In this document: piece after piece, positions 39,126-51,070 of the stretch
How positions within the stretch are numbered: position 1 is the stretch's first letter
Layout: each line of letters starts with the position of its first letter
DNA from: Octopus bimaculoides
Lineage: Eukaryota
Assembly (NCBI RefSeq): GCF_001194135.2
Contig: NC_068992.1
Coordinates: 46,115,122-46,171,706 of the forward strand
DNA: 56,585 bases
Reading direction: 5' to 3'
Notes under the pieces: model-generated
The model's input: the letters and a program-made list of their open reading frames with translations, nothing else
The model's database searches: none
Told to the model about the DNA's origin: nothing
Made by a program: the position numbers and the translations under genes

Positions 39126-40789
39126 AGAAAACTCCTTGATATTTCTCTCTATACTTCTCTCCATAACTCTTCATTCAGTTGACACCTCTCACTTGTAACA
39201 TTAAAAAATAAAAATAAAATACCGTATTTACACACTACCCCTCAAGGGACAAATACTACTGTTAAAAGAATGTCTGGAAGGAGAAAAGAATTTAACAGCT
39301 GCTATTACCAAAAGTGTGGAAGAAGGAAATCCAAAAGATCTAGTCTTTAGTGATGTAATAGTTCTAATAATTAAAATAAAATATAGAACAGCTACTTCAA
39401 CAACCATTCCATTCAAGAACTCAATGTTACCATAAATATCCATTAAGAAACTGTGTCTTTTACAGCTCACCTCAATCCAATTCTAAGCAGCACCAATATT
39501 CTTCCATATATCTACCATTTCTTTCTCACTAGACCATTTCTGAAACTGAAGGATTAAATATTCTTCTCTAAAACCATATCCCATTGGAATGCAACACTTT
39601 CTCTTGTGTTCTTCAGTATTCCAATAATCTTGCAAAGCAAAATTTTCTATGTAACAAGCACAACATTCCTGCCACCATTTCAATCCAATTTTCTGCTCCA
39701 TATTGAATTCCTCAGGCGATAGCAGTAGACGGTATTCCCTTGTTGTGCACACACACACACACACACTCACACACACACACACACATACACACACACATCT
39801 GTAATTTGTATGTGAATGTGAGTGCACATTTACAGGGTATATACATATGTTCACAATTATGTGTGTGTATGTATGTGTGTATATATGTGTGTGTATATAT
39901 ATATGTATGTGTGTGTGTTTATGTGTAACTGTATGTGTAAGATTGCATATACATTATTACATTACTTATGTATATGTGTTTTTCTATATGTATATATGCA
40001 TGCATGTATATAATGTATACATAAATACATGCACGCATATACACACAAATACATATATAAAGATATACATATATATGTATGTATATATATATATATATAT
40101 AGACATGCGTACACACACACACACACACATGTCTATACACACATACATATATATAAATGCATACACTACACACACAGGGGAACAACACTTAGTACAGACA
40201 CTTGTATAGTTATGCATGCTTTTTAATTTTATCTATGTAGACATTTTACGAATGAGTGCATATGCATAACTGCACATTTGTATATATTATATGTATGTGT
40301 ATGTGTGTGTTAGTGTATGTGTATACACACACACATAAGTATATGTATGTATTTATATGCACAAATGCACATACACGCAGAAATGCCTACATACTTGTAT
40401 GAATATATCGATTAAACTGACATCATTAAATCACTTTCTCTCAATCTTTTCCAAATTCCTCACTTTCTCAGAACGGTAATTAAATCCAAAGACAGGAATT
40501 CTTTGTAGAATTAAAACCAGCAAGGAATAGTGCAAATCAAATCCCATGAAAAGGCTTACACATAGCCTCGAGTAGAAGTTAATGAAATTAATTGAATACA
40601 CAGAGAGGTGTCTGTGTGTCTTTGGTACTGTTTATGGCTTCCAGTTGGTTACTTTAAAGAAGAAACGTTGTTACTTTCCATTTCTTTGGTAACATCAGTT
40701 TTATGGTGCAACATTTGCTAACGATCTTAACATTACAGCACTTAGTCTTTAACAGTTGACCTACTAGTCTAATCTTTAGCTAATTAGCT

Positions 40790-40790
<1 letters not shown>

Positions 40791-40858
<68 letters not shown>
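40791..40858. repeat. Perfect (ACT)n microsatellite
   Basis: Read directly from the sequence. Confidence 0.95.
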
Positions 40859-40914
40859 AGTATTTGCCATCTAAGGTTTATAATAATGGCGATGATGATA
40901 ATAATCATAATAAT

Positions 40915-41560
40915 GTTTTCAAATTGTGGCACAAAACCTGCAATTTTCAGAGGTCGCTGTTAGTCAGTTATGTCAACTCCAGCACTTGGCTGGTATGTCC
41001 AACCCAGTGACAGTTCTGCCTTTTCACCGCCTTATTAAAATTAGCAACAACAATGGTTTCTGATTTAGGCACAAGGCCTGTAATTTCACAGGAAGAGGTT
41101 TGGTCAATGACAGCTACCTCAGTACTTTACTGGTACTTTATTTCATCGACCCTGTACTGGTGAAAGACAATCTTGATCTCAGCAGGATTTGAACTCAGAA
41201 TGTAAAAACTGGAATGAATGTCACAAAGTATTTTTTCCTGTTGTTCTAATAATTCTGCTTGTTCACCGCCTTGTAATAAGATGGCTGCTTTAGGCAAAAA
41301 GCCAGCAATATTAAAAGATGAGGAGTAGTCTTGGCACCATCAACCCCTGTTGTTGTCTCATGCTTTATTTTACTTACTCTGAAAGAATAAAAGGCAAATT
41401 TGTCCTCAGTAAGATTTCAAATTCACTGATTGTGGCTGAAAGTCACAAACTAGGTATTTGTATAGCAATTAAATCAACCACAAGACTTGACCTCTAGCTG
41501 CTAAATTGATCTCAGAAAAAGAAAGTTAAAGTTAACCTCGAGATGGGTTTGATCTCAGAA
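40915..41560 (-). mobile_element. Head-to-tail chain of 3-4 SINE S3 copies
   Basis: ggcacaa..cctg.aattt recurs at about 40929, 41068 and 41293. ttcaccgcctt marks heads at 41023 and 41262, and B-box complements (gatttgaactcagaa-like) occur at about 41187, 41417 and 41545. Confidence 0.7.
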
Positions 41561-41914
41561 CTAATACAGATATCATATAATTTCAGTTAGACCATACCAG
41601 TTAATCAGTTAATGATAATAATATAAAAAATCAAGCATTTGGGGCTACTGCATAGTTTGTGCTATTGAGCCAAGTCTTTCAAACGGTAATTATTTTAATA
41701 ATCCTGCTATTAAATGAGTCAAAGAGAGAAAATGTTCTGCAACCTGACAGAGGTGTGAACCAAATCTTTTAATCACTTTTTAAGACATAGAGGAAACATT
41801 AGATGATATTTGTCCTGGATGCAAACTACTTAGCAAAGAGATGGGACGCTTTTGATTGCTGAGCTGCTGGGGCATGCCTCACCTGTAACAGATTTCTTTT
41901 CTCGATGCAAATAT

Positions 41915-42070
41915 ACAAGTAATAGTTGTATGGCTAAGAGGTTCATTTCACAATCATGTTATCTTCAGGGTCAATTCCACAGAATGGTACCATGAGTATG
42001 TGTCTTCCACTATAGTCTTGGATGAAACAAGGTCTTGTGACTGATACTAGGTAAACAGAAACAAAGAAGG
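41915..42070 (+). mobile_element. SINE S1 5' part, degenerate
   Basis: gggtcaattccac..gtgtcttccactatagtc..acagaaac..aagaag matches the S1 head. Confidence 0.55.
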
Positions 42071-42366
42071 AAGTACATGTAGGGAATTTCATTCTTGATC
42101 TTGGATTGCCTGCTTTGATGTCATCACTGGGTCACGGGAATCCTTGCTTTAAGTGAGTTCACTTAATTGTAAGATTTTAAGGTGGGTCTCTGGTCTGAGG
42201 ATAACTTCCATCTTTTCACATCTGACCAACCATCATCGTCATCCTCACTACCATCATCATTACTGTCATCTTTCTTTTCCTCAGAATCCTTCTCTGCTTG
42301 CACCATTAAAAAGTAAAAAAAAAAAACACTTCAGAGGAAGAGATAACAACCAACACTAAATATATA

Positions 42367-42538
42367 CTCTTTACTCTTTTACTTGTATCAGTCATTTGAC
42401 TGCGGCCATGCTGGAGCACCGCCTTTAGTCGAGCAAATCGACCCCAAGACTTATTCTTTGTAAGCCGCTAAGTTACGGGGACGTAAACACACCAGCATCG
42501 GTTGTCAGGAGATGTTGGGGGGACAAACAGACACACAA

Positions 42539-42576
<38 letters not shown>

Positions 42577-42760
42577 CTATATATATACATATATAAGACG
42601 GGATTCTTTCAGTTTCTGTGTACCAAATCCACTCACAAGGCTTTGGTCAGCCCGAGGCTATAGTAGAAGACACTCGCCCAAGGTGCCATGCAGTGGGACT
42701 GAACCCGGAACCATGTGGTTGGTAAGCAAGCTACTTACCATACAGCCACTCCTGCTCCTA
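42367..42760 (-). mobile_element. SINE S1, young full-length copy
   Basis: CpG-rich, with intact A/B boxes, central (CA)n(TA)n and (AAAGAGT)n-type tail. Near-identical to 52647-53054. Confidence 0.9.
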
Positions 42761-42869
42761 TATGTCATAGTTTATTTTAATTACTACAAATTTAACATAA
42801 ATCATCCATACATCTAACTCTCTTCCCCTCTTCTTGTCTCTCTACTCTTGCACAGTTACAGTATTTCTT

Positions 42870-43070
42870 CCTCCTCCTAACAGCAGCAATCGAGATGCAT
42901 TTCACATTGCTACTCCAGCAATCATTATTCTCCATTAGCTTTGGTAGGTCCTCAGTTTCATGTTATGGGTCTCGGCCAACAAACCCAAATAATAGTCAAG
43001 GGATATATGTCCTTTATTAGGGTGCCAAAGCTGCCAAAATATAGCATCTGATATTGTCTGTTCTTCACAG
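42870..43070 (-). mobile_element. Possible RTE LINE 3' end remnant
   Basis: EQTISDAIFWQLWHPNKG..YYLGLLAET..S*WR resembles the RTE C-terminus ISDVLLWxPxHG..TYxDQL..DR..WR. Confidence 0.3.
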
Positions 43071-44440
43071 CCAAGAAAGAACCTAAAGTATATATTTTTT
43101 AATCTACATTGCCTATTTCGATTATTCCACAAATACTCAAATATATTCTTTCCCTGTCATTTTCCTCTTTGGATTATTCCACAAACACATTAAAATATAT
43201 TAACTGTCATTAAACTCAAAATGCTAAATCAGAGTCAGCGAAAAATTAATTTTTATTCTCTTCCTAGTTCTATCCATTTTTGTTTCTAATTGAAGAACAA
43301 ATAATTTTTGTTTTGATTTTTTTTTTTTTGTTTTAATATTTAGAATTAAGGAGAGAATGATGTGTTGGTGGGGTGGTGGAGTGGTTGTGGAGAAAAAGTA
43401 ATTTTATTTGCATTGTTTCTGTTTAGAAATTCTATTTGAAAGTCTCTGTTTCTCTACAATGCAACAATTTAAACAATTTTACCATTGTTTTTAGAGGCTG
43501 AGCTAAACTTTTACCCTTTTAAATGAAATTACGTGTTCAGAAAAAAATCATTTTTTTTTGTAGAAATATGAAATCTTGTTGCATTTTGGATTAATGAGAA
43601 GCATAATGCAATTATAAATATTAACTGCCCCCCCTCTTCCTAACATAGTTCATCATTTATGCTCTTTGGATAAACAAATATTTGGAAATAACGAAACAAA
43701 ATAAAGAACAGAATATTTGAAAATATTGGCACCAAGTGAAAAAGAAAAATGTGTTCAAATAGTTATCAACAATAAAGTTTCAATGTTAAAACAGATATTA
43801 CAATGACAACAGTGCTGTTGTTTTTAAGAGGTTTTTCTGTTAATGGTGGATGACCTACAGACTTTCACATCCGATCATCTTTCATGGCGCCAGCAATCAC
43901 ATCAACACCATTGCCATCAATACCACCACCACCATCACAATCAGTTTCTTTATAGTACAACCTATAGAAGTAGGGTACATCATTTGACAGGCACAAACTG
44001 GTGATAAGTTCCATGTATCATGAGTCTGCAATGAAAGCTCAATGCTTTCATCCCTTTCTCCTTATACCCATGACTCCAGCCATTTGTTAATAAGATGGAG
44101 TGTGTGTGTGTGAGAGAGAGAGAAAGCGAGAGAGAGTGAGAGAAGGAAATAGATAGATAGAAAAAGTGATTAGGACTTTTGTTTTGTAATGCAGAAATGA
44201 GGTATGTCGTAATGATGAACCCACAACATGCTAAGAAGTTTATAATGACTATTTCCCTGCATATTATTCCAAACAAGTATACCAATCAATATCTGGTACT
44301 TCCACATGACCATTCCATTGATAGGACAACAGGAAACCAAAAAATGGGCGAAGGTTGTGTGTCATGTCACAGATACTGCACTGTACCCAGGGTTAAAACA
44401 CTGTACTTTTAGCGGCCAAACACATATAAACGCAAGTATC

Positions 44441-44477
<37 letters not shown>

Positions 44478-44649
44478 GTAATTATAATCACCATCCTACT
44501 GGAAATAGGTAATGCTAGCTGGACACCATGATGGTTCTGTCTTTCGTCTCCCTGTCTCTGTCTCTCTCTCTCTTTCTCTCTCTCTCTGGCTGTCAATTCA
44601 ATATCTGCTGCTTTCTACAATGCTACATGAATTCTGTCAGCCTGCCGTT

Positions 44650-45150
44650 TGACACCTTCCAGTGAAATTGACAAAATAGTCAAATCAGTCAAAAGTCAGT
44701 TCAGTATAACACACATTCAGTTATACCCACAGGCAAAAAGCTCTGAAATCACTAACTCAAACCAGCAAACTAGATACACAGAACCCTACGAAGGTGGATC
44801 ACCAGTTGATACTAAAAACACAATAAATGATCATGTCTGCAATGAACTGTTAGATGGAATACTAGAACAATAGCTAATACAACTACGTCAACCTTTCCAC
44901 GAAAGAGCCCCATTTCCCAAAATTACTAATACTAATGAGAACAGAAAATTAATCAAAGAAATTGATCAAGCACTTGGAAACCTAATACAACAACTCTTTC
45001 AGAATAGTAGAGAGAATTCCCTCGGAGCAGATTGATCTGCTCATTCACTCAGCTGCTTATGTTGCAGCTCAGAAATGCGGTATTAAAATTTGAGATAGAC
45101 AATAAAAGTGCCATGTACACAAACAGCCTGCATGGAGGGAAAGAAAAAAC
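44650..45150 (+). mobile_element. R4/Dong-clade LINE remnant, N-terminal ORF region
   Basis: ERAPFPKI..IDLLIHSAAYVAAQKCGIKI..KQPAWR resembles the R4/Dong pre-RT pattern RxPLPKL..NxLxYxAAxV..G..PxWR. Confidence 0.55.
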
Positions 45151-45152
45151 CA

Positions 45153-45191
45153 GCAGTGCACTATCTCTCACAATGGGAGATAGTGCACTGC
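45153..45191. repeat. Perfect 15-bp inverted repeat with a 9-nt loop
   Basis: GCAGTGCACTATCTC-tcacaatgg-GAGATAGTGCACTGC. Confidence 0.95.
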
Positions 45192-45499
45192 CGCATCCAG
45201 ACATTTTTGGATAATACAAGTGAGAACTGGGTGCCATGTAAGACAAGCTGGTCTGAAAAGTAATTAGCAGCCTTTGGCTAAGGCACTCTCCTTCCTTCAC
45301 ATGTCATACACCAACATAGCTAAATACACCATACACAAGGCTACAAATTGGGGTGATTAAAGTCAACTATAACCATCTGTATATAATATACTTGATGCGT
45401 ACACGTTGCTATAGCATAGCTCAGTTGCTACAGTACTTTTGCTGAGACAACATCGGTTATAGACTTGCTGTACTAGAAACGCAATAAAAACCATCATCG

Positions 45500-46095
45500 T
45501 CATCATCGTCATCATCGTTTAACGTCCACTTCCATGCTAGCATGGGCTAGACAATTTGACTGAGGATTGGTGAACCGGATGGCTACACCAGGCTCCAATC
45601 TCATTTGGCAGAGTTTCTACAATTGGATGCCCTTCCTAACGCCAACCACTCCGAGAGTGTAGTGGGTGCTTTTATGTGCCACTGGCACGAAGGCCAGTCA
45701 GGTGNNNNNNNNNNTTTATGTGCCACTGGCACGAAGGCCAGTCAGGTGGTACTGGCAACGGCCATGCTCAAAATGGTGTATTTTACGTGCCACCTGCACA
45801 GGAGCTAGTCCAGTGGCACTGGCAACGATCTTGCTCAAATGTCTTTACATGTGCCATCTGGCACAAGTGCCAGGAAGGTGACGCTGAGCACAGGTGCTAT
45901 CACGATTTCACTTCTGCTTGCCCCAACAGGTCTTCGCAAGCCGAGTTTAGTGTCCATTGAAGGAGACGTTGGTATGGGTGCCGGTCGTCGAATTTAGTTC
46001 GATTTTGATTTCACTTGCCTCAACAGGTCTTCGTAAGCGGAGTTTAGTGTCCAATGAAGGAAGGTACGCATAAGTGGGCTGGCTACACCCCTGGC
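45500..46095 (-). mobile_element. Longest S2 copy, with internal tandem units and a 10-N gap
   Basis: S2 tail, repeated ~63-bp ttttacgtgccac..ggcaacg units, and a duplicated ~55-bp gatttcact..caacaggtcttcg..gagtttagtgtcca segment. Confidence 0.85.
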
Positions 46096-46689
46096 AGAGA
46101 TGAAAATTTATTTCAGGAGTGGACAGAGACAACATCAGTTATTTTTTTGCATTTTAGGGCTTTTTAGACAAAACTTTATTGAGGAAAAAATGAATCAAAC
46201 ATTCATTGATGTTGTGAAAAGCTACCCAGCTGTATAAAATTAAAATAGCCACTCAACTGTTAGTTAAATGTATGGATTAAATCGTGGACCATGACATAAA
46301 ACATCTGAGTTCAGATCCTGCTTAAGTTAAAACTATACCACATTCTTTCCTGAGTCAATGAAATATATACCAGTTATATTCTGGTTACAATAATTTGGTT
46401 GATTATCATATACTTCCAAACAATTCTGGTCTGTGGAAATGTAAACGCACAAACAAAAAAAAAAATCAGTATCTGAATACTATCTCATTAAAATAGTTAA
46501 TAAGCTTTCATTGTCATTCATTATGAGTTTCAAGGGAAGGGATAACCCCCATACTATATTATGGCATTTATAGGCCTTCCCAGAATAATGTTGCTCTCGT
46601 TCTGTAATTGGTGGTGGTAGTAGTAAGAGCAGAAACCCTTTGGGTATTCAGATATTAACTGAAACACCTGTGTCTATCTTCCCTAATTT

Positions 46690-46723
<34 letters not shown>

Positions 46724-46746
46724 CATATATTTATACATATATACAC

Positions 46747-46809
<63 letters not shown>

Positions 46810-47097
46810 NNNNNNNNNNNNNNNNNNNNNNNNNNNNNNNNNNNNNNNNNNNNNNNNNNNNNNNNNNNNNNNNNNNNNNNNNNNNNNNNNNNNNNNNNNN
46901 NNNNNNNNNNNNNNNNNNNNNNNNNNNNNNNNNNNNNNNNNNNNNNNNNNNNNNNNNNNNNNNNNNNNNNNNNNNNNNNNNNNNNNNNNNNNNNNNNNNN
47001 NNNNNNNNNNNNNNNNNNNNNNNNNNNNNNNNNNNNNNNNNNNNNNNNNNNNNNNNNNNNNNNNNNNNNNNNNNNNNNNNNNNNNNNNNNNNNNNNN
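46810..47097. other. Assembly gap between (AT)n and (AC)n
   Basis: Run of N. Confidence 0.99.
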
Positions 47098-47147
<50 letters not shown>

Positions 47148-47610
47148 ATGCACACACACACACGCACACATGCATGCAACATTATAAGGACTGCATTATA
47201 AAATTCATGATTTGCAATTTAAATGTTTCTTAGAGCAAGAATAATGACAACTTAATGACAATTGCTTAAAGATTTATGAGGTTTTTATGCACAGCACTTT
47301 GGATAATTTGGTGAAAACTGCTTAGGATATGTATTAACGTCTAGATTAATAACACTTGGTTTCTATGCACACACATACACCTACATGCACCTACATGCAT
47401 ATATATATACACACATACACACCTATATGATAGCTTAATGTAACTGTGTGTATAATTATGTGGTTATAAAATTGTATATGTATACATCCTAGATTAATAC
47501 CACTTGGTTTTTCTAATATGTCTATGCATATGCGTATGTTTATATATATATGTATGTGTGAGTGTGTGTATGTGTGTTTAGATATATATGTATGGACCCA
47601 CACACACACA

Positions 47611-47701
<91 letters not shown>

Positions 47702-47878
47702 GTCTATCTTCACGAACATCATTTGACATTCATTTGAATGTATGTTTGTGTAATAGGTATTTGAAATTATTTCGACCTGAGTGTTTATACGGATGTAGAT
47801 TTCTATGTATAAAGTTGCAGGGTATATATTCTAGCATAAGACAGTTTTGTGTGTGTGTGTGTTTATGCGTTCCATTAG

Positions 47879-47957
47879 CAGAAGGTCACGGATGTATAAG
47901 GGGGTGTATGCAGACAAACTGACAATAGAATCAGCAGATTTAACATCAGAGTTGTGG
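47879..47957 (+). CDS. Candidate coding exon (RRSRMYKGVYADKLTIESADLTSELW)
   Basis: ttccattag(cag) acceptor, TGG|gtatac donor, phase 2-0, in phase with 48282. Confidence 0.3.
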
Positions 47958-48281
47958 GTATACATAAGATGATGAATTGAACTGGTTCTATAAATTCACA
48001 AAATGAAATTGGTTTCTGTGTGGTGAGTGCCCTCTGTTAGTGAGGAGGTAAGAACTGGATTGAATAGGTTCAAATTGGATTTTACAGGGGGTGGGGGGGA
48101 AGATGATGATGATGAAATGATACTTTCGCAGAGAGAAAGAGGAGAGGGCACAGAAAATAGTTGAAAGAATTTAGATATAGAAATATTAATGCATATGTAG
48201 GAGTCATTTCACATATATATACATACATTTATGAACATAAATGAGCACATACATACACATACACATTCACAAATATTACAG

Positions 48282-48325
48282 ATAGCTACAGGACCAAGTA
48301 GACCATTTACCAAATTAAAAGACAG
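48282..48325 (+). CDS. Candidate coding exon (IATGPSRPFTKLKD)
   Basis: attacag acceptor, CAG|gtgagg donor, only one open frame. Confidence 0.35.
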
Positions 48326-48628
48326 GTGAGGAGGAAGATGGAGTGTGAAAGGTAAAGATATAGCAAGTAACGGGCTTAAAGATAGGTAAAAGATGGATAT
48401 GAAAGGAGTCACCAGGTGCAAACTAAATTCATTGAATAGTCTACAAACAATGACTGGAAAGTGAGAGATTTTTTTCAAAAGAGCACTTCATTTCCGCCAG
48501 GTAACAACTGAATGATAGATAGCATAGGATTAAATCTTAAGGCCAGGATGGTATAAAAGATACAGTATGGCATCTAAGGAAAAACATATTTGAATGTTCA
48601 ATCCAGATAAGCGATGGGAACAGAGAGC

Positions 48629-48762
48629 ATCATCAACATTGTTTAACGTCCGCTTTCCAAGCTAGCATGGGTTGGACGATTTGACTGACGACTGGTGAAC
48701 CAGATGGCTACACCAGGCTCCAATCTGATTTGGCAGAGTTTCTACAGCTGGATGCCCTTCCT
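48629..48762 (-). mobile_element. SINE S2, young truncated copy
   Basis: Near-identical to the copies at 8485 and 56307. Confidence 0.85.
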
Positions 48763-48849
48763 GGATTTCAACATAAAACATGTGGAATATTTTGGCCAGA
48801 TATGGTCGGTTTAAAAGTTAAAAGGTTTATATAGCACTAGAATGAATTT

Positions 48850-49430
48850 CTGACTGGTTTGGGATGATGAGTTTGGCATACTAGTCGACTGGTTTAGAAG
48901 GTGATGATGTATGCACATCTGGTGGTCCAGTGTATGCCTGGGTGAATATATGGGTTAATTCACTGGTTGACTACTTTTGACATTGATGGTGTATGTCTAT
49001 CTGTTGGTATCAGACAGTTGTTGACAAAAGCAAAATGTCAATATGTGAATCCACATTTGAGTCACTGGATTAGGTAGCAGAAATAAATTTGTATTTCTTA
49101 CTTTTGTAATCCTATGTAAAGAAGTAGAGCCAATGCTCTGATTTATCTTAGAAGTCTAAGTCTTTGTTATGGCAGAGTTAATGATACAGTGAGAACAATG
49201 GCAGATTTGATAGATGTCAGATGTGAAGAAGAACAGTTAAGATAGAATGTATAAGTTTGAGAGTGAGCGTGGGTGTAGTCAGTATTAAGAAAGATGTCAA
49301 GGAAGCTGACATAAGAGTCTGAGATAGTGAAATTCCAGTGAAAGGTGGAAACTGTTGATGAAAGAGATAAAATGAGCAAGTAGTTCTCTGGAGAAGTAGA
49401 TGGCATTGATGCAGTTAACAAAAGTTGGGG
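48850..49430 (-). mobile_element. Penelope-like element RT remnant
   Basis: CINAIYFSRELLAHFISFINSFHLSLEF-TISDSYVSFLDI..YLNCSSSH..KSAI matches the PLE RT pattern DDCIG..SREEL..F..FVNSFHPALxFT..SDTSLPFLD..YL.YSSSHP. Best support is at 49170-49430. Confidence 0.75.
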
Positions 49431-50129
49431 CCTTTTTAGGAGAAAAGATCAATGAGAGTGATCAACCATTGACAAATGTCCTAACATATCTGAAAACATA
49501 CTGAACTACAATCTCATAAATTTCTGGTTCAAATCCATTGTAAATATCTTGTTGTTGGTTATTTAAACATTACACTGTATTCCACATTACCACAAGACTT
49601 CTTGATATCAGGAAGAAGTACCACCAGATCCTCTCATAATATTGTCCATAACGGACGTGTTGTTTCCACTGGGTGATTATTTATTATTCCTCCATCGATC
49701 CCTTGTTATGGAAAGGTCCATACTCTAACCTCCTTCTCTCTCTTTCACTCCCTCTCTCGCTGCTCATACTTTATATGAAACTTACTGAAATTGCTTAAAA
49801 TTGTATTGATTCATGAAGGAGTGTTACCAACAATGGACTGGTGTCATATCCATGAGGAGATTTATTTGCTAGCCACTTCACATAAAAAGAAAAAAAATCT
49901 AAGATAAAGTGGAGGTGGTGTGAGCTTAGAGATGCTTTTGCATTTAGAATAACAATAGTGTAATCATTTTCATCATGATGATCAATTAAAGATCAAATAT
50001 AACTAGATGAACAGTCAAACGAAAATAATAAAACAAAAATAAAATGAAGAATAGATGCAAAAAACAACTAAAATAGGAGTTTAAAAAAATGAATTAACGA
50101 TAAAACAGGAAAACTGTTGTAGCTGTTGA

Positions 50130-51070
50130 TGTAGATGATGATGTTGACGACGACAATGGCGACAACGACGATGATGATGATGATGATGATGATGATGAAG
50201 GTAGTCTTGATAAATGATGGTGATGATGATGCTAGTGATATTAATGGTGGTGATGGTGGTGGTGGTGGTGGTGGTGGTGGTGCTATGATGCTGAAGATGA
50301 TGGCAGTGATGGTGGTAACAGTGAGTGTTAATCATGGAAGCAAATAGCAACAATCGCTGGTGGTGTTGGGTATGGCAGGGGTTAATGGTCGACGGTGATG
50401 ACAGTAATGCTGAAGGCCATATGATGGTGGGTTGGCAATAATGATGAGTGGTGGTGGAGGTGGTGATGATAATGATGATGATGGTGGAGTAGTGATAAAT
50501 GTAATGAGGAAATAAAGCTCTTGTGAGCTGCATGGTAACCTTACAAGGGGAAAATGTACTCAGTTTGTTCTGTAAAGGGACTGGCATTCGGTAGGGGATC
50601 CAGCTGTAGAAACTATGCCAAAATCAAATGCTGGAGCACAATGTTGTTTGCAAACATGTTGGATTCTATTACATTTTGTCAAACTGCTTGACCCATGCCA
50701 GCATGGAAGATGGGCAATAAAAGATGATGATAATGATGGCAGTAGTGTTGGTGGAGAACATGATGATAATGATAATGGAAATGGTGATAATGATGAAGAT
50801 GAGGTAACAGTAAGATAATGTTGATGTTGTTGATGGTGGTGATGATGATAATTATTGCGAACAAAAAAAAAAGATTAGAAATGAAGCAGGACTGATTTAA
50901 GAAATGAACAAGAAAAAAAGATAAAACTTGATGATAAAGATGATGAGGATGATGATGATGGTGGTGATGACGACGACGACGGCGACGACGACGGCGACGA
51001 CGACGACAAAGACGATGACGTTTATGACAATGATGGTGGTGGTTGTGATGATGATGATGATGATGATAAC
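50130..51070. repeat. Mosaic (GAT)/(GGT)/(GAC)n low-complexity region around an older plus-strand S2 copy (50580-50730)
   Basis: Trinucleotide mosaics, plus ccagctgtagaaactatgcc..gacccatgccagcatggaagatgg, which is the S2 tail. Confidence 0.8.

Noticed and set aside
42884-42943. Plus-strand 60-nt exon with good splice sites
   Set aside because: It overlaps a probable minus-strand RTE 3' remnant and two frames are equally open.
12480-45150. One Dong element split across the window
   Set aside because: The C-terminal piece lies upstream of the N-terminal piece on the same strand, so they are independent insertions.
15853-47922. Long ORF-track entries rich in YI/HT/CV repeats or X
   Set aside because: They are translations of dinucleotide microsatellites and N gaps, not genes.
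1560-49430. Strand bias of TE remnants as evidence for host gene orientation
   Set aside because: LINE-type remnants split about 5 plus to 3 minus and the SINEs are mixed, too few for significance.
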